Origin: Synechococcus sp. UW140
GTDB taxonomy: Bacteria > Cyanobacteriota > Cyanobacteriia > PCC-6307 > Cyanobiaceae
Length of the DNA stretch: 24,000 nucleotides
Reading direction: 5' to 3'
Assembly (NCBI GenBank): GCA_943370565.1
Contig: CALRRL020000006.1
Coordinates: 89,157-113,156 of the forward strand
The notes under the pieces are model-generated. The model had not been told where the DNA came from. It saw only the letters and a program-made list of their open reading frames with translations, and made no database searches. Below, piece after piece: positions 18,848-24,000 of this stretch. Position 1 is the first letter of the stretch. Each line of letters opens with the position of its first letter. A program made the translations under genes and the position numbers.

Positions 18848-19788
18848 GCAGGGCTGCGGCACCACCCTCCCACCGCCCCACCGGTCCCCGGCCGGGGGCT
18901 CCAGGCCCCGGGGACCTTGCGTCCAGGGCGGCCCAGTCGTTGGGCCCGGGTCCCCGCGGGCTTCAGGCGGCCCCCCTGGCCAGGGGCCTGCAGCTGGTGC
19001 TGCTGCTGGGGATCGCCCTGGCGATGCTGCTGCCCCTGATCTGGCTGGTGAGCACCTCCCTCAAGGGCCCGGCAGAAGACATCTTCACCAGTCCCCCAGC
19101 CCTGCTGCCCAGCCAGCCCAGCATGGAGGCCTACCTGCGCCTGTTCAGCGACAACCCGATGCTGGGGTACCTCCTCAACAGCACGCTTGTTAGCGGCCTG
19201 GCGGTGGTTGCCAACCTGCTCTTCTGCTCCCTGGCGGCCTACCCCCTGGCGCGGATGCGCTTTGCCGGCCGCGGCCTGGTGCTGGCCCTGGTGGTGGCCA
19301 CGATCCTGATCCCCTTTCAGGTGGTGATGATTCCCCTGTATCTATTGATGGTGCAGCTGGGCCTGCGCAATACCCTGCTGGCCCTGATCCTGCCCCAGGC
19401 CGCCACCGCCTTTGGCATCTTCCTGCTGCGCCAGAGTTTTGCCGGGGTGCCGGCCGAACTCGAAGAGGCGGCCCGCATCGATGGCTGCACGCCCCTGGGC
19501 GAATGGTGGAACGTGATGATTCCCGCGGCCCGGGCCGACCTGATCACCCTGGCGATGTTTGTGTTCATCGGCACCTGGAGCGATTTCCTCTGGCCCCTGG
19601 TGATCCTCGATGACCCCAAGCTCTACACCCTGCCCCTCGGCCTGCAGCAGCTGGCCAGCAGTTTCTCCCTCGACTGGAGATTGGTGGCGGCCGGTTCGGT
19701 GGTCTCGATCCTGCCGGTGCTGGCGGTGTTCATTGGCTTGCAGCGCTATATCCTTCCCAGCGCCTCAGGGGATGCCGTCAAGGGCTGA
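18844..19788 (+). CDS. carbohydrate ABC transporter permease (MalG/GgtD-like)
   Basis: Six TM-like segments; [47 protein letters not shown] contains the EAA-loop signature. Start overlaps the leuA stop (ATGA). Confidence 0.88.
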   Translation: MSRAAAPPSHRPTGPRPGAPGPGDLASRAAQSLGPGPRGLQAAPLARGLQLVLLLGIALAMLLPLIWLVSTSLKGPAEDIFTSPPALLPSQPSMEAYLRLFSDNPMLGYLLNSTLVSGLAVVANLLFCSLAAYPLARMRFAGRGLVLALVVATILIPFQVVMIPLYLLMVQLGLRNTLLALILPQAATAFGIFLLRQSFAGVPAELEEAARIDGCTPLGEWWNVMIPAARADLITLAMFVFIGTWSDFLWPLVILDDPKLYTLPLGLQQLASSFSLDWRLVAAGSVVSILPVLAVFIGLQRYILPSASGDAVKG

Positions 19789-20706
19789 GTCAGCCCCCTG
19801 AGCCTGGCACCCGGAGCCGGGATGGGGGCTCCAATCCGGGCTCCCCGAGCCCAGTTCCTGCCGCAACCAACGCGCCATGGCCGTGTTGATCGCGAGCAGA
19901 TCGGCCACCGGCTGGTTGGTGAAGGGCAGGGTCTGCAGGTAGCCATCGGGGCCGAATTCCGGCGTCAGGGTGAGGGGCTGGATGGGTCCAGCCGCCTGGC
20001 GGGCGGCCTGGCGAGAGCGCTGGCTTGCGGCAAACAACCGCCAGCAGGCCAGGTGAGCCGCCAACGCCTCGCCGTGTTCCGGCGCAAAGGGATGGTTCAC
20101 CTGGGGCCCCTGGGCGTGGCCGATGCGGGCATGGATGTGGTCCACATGGGCGGCCATGGCCTGGATCGGCGCCAGCTCCGGCGTCATCAGCCGCTCCGCC
20201 ACCACGCACCAGTGGCTGAGGTCGGCCGTGAGCCGCAGGCCCGGGAAGGCCCCAAGCCAGTCGGCCATGGCCCAGGGATGGGCCAGGCTGCGGGAGCGAT
20301 GGGTTTCAAAGCTCACCGCCAGACCACTGGCCTCAGCCAAGGCGATCGCCCGGGGCCAGAAGCGTTCCTGCTGGCGCCAGCTCCAGCTGTCGCTACCGGT
20401 GATCACCGTCACCTTCAGGGGCCGCAGGCTGGGGCAGGCCTCCAGCTGCTGCTCCAGCTCGGCCAGGTGGTCGTCCACGGACGCCGCCAGGTCGGGCACG
20501 TAATCGCCACCGGTGACCAGTTCCAGCACCAGCTTCAGATCAGCCTGGCCCAGCTGGTCGGCGGCGGCGGCCAGGGGGCGCTCGCGAAGCACCGGGTGGC
20601 GCAGGTTCAGCTCCAGGCCATCGAAGCCCCGCGAGCGGGCCTGGTCGATCGCGGCCTCCAGCCGTCCGCTGAACCCCCAGAGGCTGTGGAAGAGGAGCAG
20701 GTCCAT
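19765..20706 (-). CDS. sugar phosphate isomerase/epimerase (xylose isomerase-like TIM barrel)
   Basis: GFDGLELNLRHP, GLAVSFETHRSRSLAHPWAMADWL, GLRLTADLSHWCVV and HVDHIHARIGHAQGPQVNHPFAPEHGEAL. Its 3' end overlaps the convergent permease gene by 24 nt. Confidence 0.8.
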   Translation of the reverse strand: MDLLLFHSLWGFSGRLEAAIDQARSRGFDGLELNLRHPVLRERPLAAAADQLGQADLKLVLELVTGGDYVPDLAASVDDHLAELEQQLEACPSLRPLKVTVITGSDSWSWRQQERFWPRAIALAEASGLAVSFETHRSRSLAHPWAMADWLGAFPGLRLTADLSHWCVVAERLMTPELAPIQAMAAHVDHIHARIGHAQGPQVNHPFAPEHGEALAAHLACWRLFAASQRSRQAARQAAGPIQPLTLTPEFGPDGYLQTLPFTNQPVADLLAINTAMARWLRQELGSGSPDWSPHPGSGCQAQGADSALDGIP

Positions 20707-20767
20707 CGGCGAGGCCTGGGCAGGGGGTCTGGCTGGGGCACTGTTGGCCGGCTGCGGCGGGAGTTCG

Positions 20768-20781
20768 GTAACGACCGGTAC
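20768..20781 (+). promoter_or_regulatory. candidate NtcA-binding site (GTA-N8-TAC)
   Basis: gta acgaccgg tac is an exact match to the NtcA consensus. It is 22 nt upstream of a -10-like gacgat (20804-20809), the classical NtcA-activated spacing. The predicted TSS is about 20816, just before the riboswitch. Confidence 0.6.
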
Positions 20782-20803
20782 AACCGGCCCCGGCCAGGGG
20801 CGA

Positions 20804-20809
20804 GACGAT
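20804..20809 (+). promoter_or_regulatory. weak candidate -10 element (gacgat) for the gdmH operon
   Basis: Matches TATAAT at positions 2, 5 and 6; placed by spacing from the NtcA site. Confidence 0.35.
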
Positions 20810-20827
20810 CCCGGAGCGGATAGCTGT

Positions 20828-20955
20828 TCCTAGGGTTCCGGCCCAGACCTCCCGGGCAACCGGGTGGCCTGGGTGACTGGTCCGAGAGGGACGCACCGGG
20901 CGGGCCTGCTCCAGCGGGTCTGGCCGGTGGCACGGAGGGATAAAAGCCCGGGAGA
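20828..20955 (+). promoter_or_regulatory. guanidine-I (ykkC) riboswitch aptamer
   Basis: Conserved blocks in order: cCTAGGGTTCCG (20829-20840), GACTGGTCCGAGAGgGACGC (20875-20894) and CACGGAGGGATAAAAGCCCGGGAGA (20931-20955). P2-like hairpin 20842-20873 with CCCGG-GCAA-CCGGG (GNRA loop); P3-like helix CACCGG (20894-20899)/CCGGTG (20924-20929). Confidence 0.93.
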
Positions 20956-20981
20956 CCGCCCCCCACAGCCCCCCTGCCTCC

Positions 20982-22172
20982 ATGACGGACGTCCAAGACG
21001 GCTCCAGCCCCTTCGCGCGGCGCCATCCCACCGAGGGCATGGCCGCCCTGGAGAAAGAACTGGCCCTGCCCCTCACCGGCTGGCAACAGGAAGTGGACCA
21101 GGGCATCCGCTACGGCCTGGAAGCGGCCGAAAGCATCGTCGATCGGCGCATCTCCACCTTCTCCCGTGGTGAATTGCCCCATTACGCGGGCATCAACACC
21201 TTCATGAAGGCCCCCTACATCGAGGATGTGCACCGGGTCGGCGAGTTTGATGTGGCGATCGTGGGGGTTCCCCACGACAGCGGCACCACCTATCGACCCG
21301 GCACCCGCTTCGGTCCCCAGGGCATCCGCCGCATCTCCGCCCTTTACACCCCCTACAACTACGAGATGGGCGTGGATCTGCGCGAGCAGATCAAGCTTTG
21401 CGATGTCGGCGACATCTTCACGATTCCGGCCAATAACGAAAAGTCGTTTGACCAGATCTCCAAAGGCATTGCCCACGTGTTCTCCAGTGGCGCCTTCCCG
21501 ATCATCCTCGGCGGCGACCATTCGATCGGCTTCCCCACCGTGCGCGGCGTCTGCCGCCACCTGGGCGACAAGAAGGTGGGCATCATCCATTTCGATCGCC
21601 ACGTCGATACCCAGGAGATCGACCTGGACGAGCGCATGCACACCTGCCCCTGGTTCCATGCCACCAACATGGCCAATGCCCCGGCCGAAAACCTGGTGCA
21701 ACTGGGCATCGGCGGCTGGCAGGTGCCCCGCGAGGGGGTGAAGGTCTGCCGCGAACGCGGCACCAACGTGCTCACGGTCACCGACATCTGCGACATGGGC
21801 CTGGAGGCGGCCGCCCAATACGCGATTGAGCGGGCCACCGATGGCACCGATTGCGTCTACATCTCCTTCGACATCGACTGCATCGATGCTGGCTTTGTGC
21901 CAGGCACCGGCTGGCCCGAACCGGGAGGCCTGCTGCCCCGCGAAGCCCTGAAATTGCTGGAGCTGATCGTGCGCAATGTGCCGGTCTGCGGCCTCGAGAT
22001 TGTGGAAGTGTCGCCCCCCTACGACATCAGCGATATGACCTCGCTGATGGCCACCCGGGTGATCTGCGACACCATGGCCCACCTGGTGGTCAGTGGCCAG
22101 TTGCCCCGCAAGTCAGCCCCCAGCTGGCTGTCGAAGGAATGCAACATGGCCGTCGATCGCAAGTGGAGATAG
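20982..22172 (+). CDS. gdmH: Ni-dependent guanidine hydrolase (GdmH, arginase/ureohydrolase superfamily; Synechocystis Sll1077-like)
   Basis: Ureohydrolase motifs GGDHSIG, HFDRHVDTQ and SFDIDCIDAGFVPGTGWPEPGG; preceded by a guanidine-I riboswitch and followed by hypA/hypB-like genes. Specificity is inferred from the context and the family-specific sequence. Confidence 0.9.
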   Translation: MTDVQDGSSPFARRHPTEGMAALEKELALPLTGWQQEVDQGIRYGLEAAESIVDRRISTFSRGELPHYAGINTFMKAPYIEDVHRVGEFDVAIVGVPHDSGTTYRPGTRFGPQGIRRISALYTPYNYEMGVDLREQIKLCDVGDIFTIPANNEKSFDQISKGIAHVFSSGAFPIILGGDHSIGFPTVRGVCRHLGDKKVGIIHFDRHVDTQEIDLDERMHTCPWFHATNMANAPAENLVQLGIGGWQVPREGVKVCRERGTNVLTVTDICDMGLEAAAQYAIERATDGTDCVYISFDIDCIDAGFVPGTGWPEPGGLLPREALKLLELIVRNVPVCGLEIVEVSPPYDISDMTSLMATRVICDTMAHLVVSGQLPRKSAPSWLSKECNMAVDRKWR

Positions 22173-22175
22173 GCC

Positions 22176-22616
22176 ATGCATGAAGTTGACATGACCAAAT
22201 GCCTGCTCCTCTCCCTGCAGGACTGGAAGCAGCAACACCATCCCCAGGTGCCAACCGTGGCCGTGGTGCATCTGCAGGTGGGGGATTTCACCTGTGTGGA
22301 GCCCGACGCCCTGGTGTTCACCTGGGGGGCCCTGGTGAGTGGCACCTGGCTGGCCGGATCGGAACTGCGCATCGAGCGAACTCCGCTGCTGGCCCGCTGC
22401 CTCCCCTGCGGGGCCAGCTACAGCCCCCTGGCGGAGCAGGCCTACCGCTCCCCCTGCTGCGACCACCCGATGGAGGAGATCCTCAGCGGCCGCGAACTGC
22501 GGATCCGCTCGATCGAGTACAGCCTGCCGGAGCCTGCGGGCGACCAGTCCAGCCCCGGATCGGCAACTCCAGGGACCCGCAAGGCCCAGGAGCTGGTGGC
22601 TGGGGCCCGGGCCTGA
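22176..22616 (+). CDS. hypA: HypA-like nickel metallochaperone
   Basis: MHEVDMTKCLLLSLQDW N-terminus (Met-His-Glu Ni site); VxVGDFTCVEPDALVFTWGALVSGTWLAGSEL; RCLPCG...SPCCDHPMEEILSGRELRIRSIEY zinc-site region. Confidence 0.88.
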   Translation: MHEVDMTKCLLLSLQDWKQQHHPQVPTVAVVHLQVGDFTCVEPDALVFTWGALVSGTWLAGSELRIERTPLLARCLPCGASYSPLAEQAYRSPCCDHPMEEILSGRELRIRSIEYSLPEPAGDQSSPGSATPGTRKAQELVAGARA

Positions 22617-22682
22617 GTCCAAGCCTGAGCGAGGGGCCATCTGCTGCAATCCCGCTCCAGCCAGGCGGCGCCACTGAGCCAA

Positions 22683-22747
22683 GCAATCAAGCGCATCAAG
22701 GCCACTCCCTAGCTCGCGGTTGAGGCCATTGCTGGTTTCTTGATTGC
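22683..22747. repeat. 9-bp inverted repeat (GCAATCAAG ... CTTGATTGC) in the hypA-hypB intergenic gap
   Basis: Exact arms at 22683-22691 and 22739-22747. Confidence 0.5.
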
Positions 22748-22780
22748 CATCCCATTTGACCCTGATTTGCCTGAACTGCC

Positions 22781-23512
22781 ATGCACATGCCCCTAGAAGA
22801 CACCCTTGGCCTCAATTTATTGGCGGCCAACCAACATCAAGCCGAACACAACCGCGAGCATTTTGATGCCTGGAGATTGCTCTGTCTCAATGTGATGAGC
22901 AGCCCGGGGGCGGGCAAAACCTCCCTGCTGGAGCGCAGCCTCGCCCAACTCTCCGAGGAGTTTGCGATGGCGGTGCTTGAAGGGGACATGACCACCCAGC
23001 TCGATGCCGAACGCCTGGAGGCGGTGGGGGTGCCGGTGGTGCCGATCACCACGGGCCGGGCCTGTCACCTCGATGCGGCGATGGTGAGCGGCGGCCTCAA
23101 GCTGCTGGGCCAGCGCCTCGATCCCGCCAGCCTGGATCTGCTGTGGGTGGAAAACGTGGGCAACCTGGTCTGCCCGGCCGAATTCGAGGTCGGCGAACAC
23201 AACAAGGTGGCCCTGCTCAGTGTCACCGAAGGCGAGGACAAGCCCCTCAAGTATCCGGTGATGTTCCGCGAAGCCGATTGCGTGCTGATCACCAAGATTG
23301 ATTTGCTTCCCTATCTGCCGGTGGATGTGGATCGCATTGAAGCCCACATCCGCCAGGTCAATCCCCGCTGCAGCGTGATCCGGGTGTCGGCCAGCAGCGG
23401 TGCCGGCCTGGACAGCTGGCATGCCTGGTTGCGGGCCAGCCATGCCGCCCAGTGCCCGCGCCCCGTTGGGGCATCCCCCCGCTCCGCCCACCCCACCCTG
23501 GTGAACGCATGA
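22781..23512 (+). CDS. hypB: HypB-like GTPase, nickel incorporation protein
   Basis: [18 protein letters not shown] (P-loop), [51 protein letters not shown], and [14 protein letters not shown] (G4). ATG at 22787 is an alternative start. Confidence 0.93.
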   Translation: MHMPLEDTLGLNLLAANQHQAEHNREHFDAWRLLCLNVMSSPGAGKTSLLERSLAQLSEEFAMAVLEGDMTTQLDAERLEAVGVPVVPITTGRACHLDAAMVSGGLKLLGQRLDPASLDLLWVENVGNLVCPAEFEVGEHNKVALLSVTEGEDKPLKYPVMFREADCVLITKIDLLPYLPVDVDRIEAHIRQVNPRCSVIRVSASSGAGLDSWHAWLRASHAAQCPRPVGASPRSAHPTLVNA

Positions 23513-24000
23513 GTAACCCCGACTGGTCCCAGATCAGAGCCGAGCTGGAGCAGAAGGGCGTGCGCTACGCCCTGGCCAGCTTTGTCGATCTGCACGGCAT
23601 GACCAAGGCCAAGGCCGTGCCTTTAGCCCACCTGGGCCAGATGGCCCGGGGCTCGGAACTGTTCACCGGCGCCGCCCTCGATGGTGTGCCCCAGGAGGTG
23701 AGCGATGACGAGGTGGCGGCCCTGCCCGACCCTGCCAGCCTGACGATTTTGCCCTGGCAACGGGAGGTGGCCTGGTTCGCCAGCGACCTGCAGCTGCGCG
23801 GCGAGCCGTTTGCCGCCTGCAGCCGCAACGTGCTGCACCGGGTGCGGGCCGAAGCCGCCGCCATGGGCTATCGCTTCAACCTCGGCATCGAAACGGAATT
23901 CTTCGTGCTGAAGCGCAATGGCGCCGGGGACCTGGTGCCCTACAGCGAACGCGACACCCTGGATAAGCCCGCCTATGACGTGCGCGGCCTGCTCGACAAC
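23509..24000 (+). CDS. glnT: type III (GlnT-like) glutamine synthetase family protein, 5' part; runs off the window
   Basis: Translated directly: [62 protein letters not shown]...[14 protein letters not shown]...[21 protein letters not shown] beta-grasp and first catalytic-domain motifs. The start overlaps the hypB stop (ATGA). Missing from the ORF track because no stop is in the window. Confidence 0.85.
   Translation, partial: MSNPDWSQIRAELEQKGVRYALASFVDLHGMTKAKAVPLAHLGQMARGSELFTGAALDGVPQEVSDDEVAALPDPASLTILPWQREVAWFASDLQLRGEPFAACSRNVLHRVRAEAAAMGYRFNLGIETEFFVLKRNGAGDLVPYSERDTLDKPAYDVRGLLDN

Noticed and set aside
20819-20826. gatagctg as the -10 box of the gdmH operon
   Set aside because: It would put the TSS inside the conserved 5' block of the riboswitch aptamer.
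20607-22082. 491-aa minus ORF antisense to the riboswitch and gdmH
   Set aside because: Shadow ORF over strongly supported RNA and protein features.
1-24000. CRISPR array, tRNA/rRNA genes, transposase, prophage or defence/toxin genes
   Set aside because: No regularly spaced repeats, tRNA T-loop sequence in a valid fold, rRNA, transposase, or phage or defence motifs were seen by eye; tRNAscan-SE and Infernal runs would confirm this.

Overview
This 24 kb window is G+C-rich cyanobacterial chromosome, probably from the Cyanobium/Synechococcus lineage. That placement is inferred from petG, cytM, crtL, guaB3-like, CAAD and HcyBio genes, the Yfr1 RNA and repeated HIP1 octamers. Most of it is densely packed housekeeping sequence. 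On the minus strand: class-A beta-lactamase-like protein, TrmH/SpoU methyltransferase, cytM, rsmD, hisH, trxA, Yfr1, guaB3-like, CAAD-domain protein, HcyBio/DUF39, arsS-like radical SAM, GH57/DUF1957 and a TIM-barrel sugar isomerase. On the plus strand: petG, gyrA, crtL, NYN-domain protein, leuA and a sugar-ABC permease. The highlight is the right end (about 20768-24000). A recognisable guanidine-I (ykkC) riboswitch precedes an arginase-superfamily gene that resembles the Ni-dependent guanidine hydrolase GdmH (Synechocystis Sll1077 type) rather than agmatinase. It is followed by hypA-like and hypB-like nickel-delivery genes and the start of a glnT-like (type III) glutamine synthetase gene. A perfect GTA-N8-TAC NtcA-type site lies upstream, spaced 22 nt from a weak -10-like hexamer. 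This suggests a guanidine-nitrogen assimilation operon under both nitrogen control and guanidine sensing. The component families are known, so the novelty lies in the combined architecture, the very short riboswitch-to-start spacing and the glnT linkage. A second RNA highlight is a clear Yfr1 small RNA between guaB3-like and trxA.
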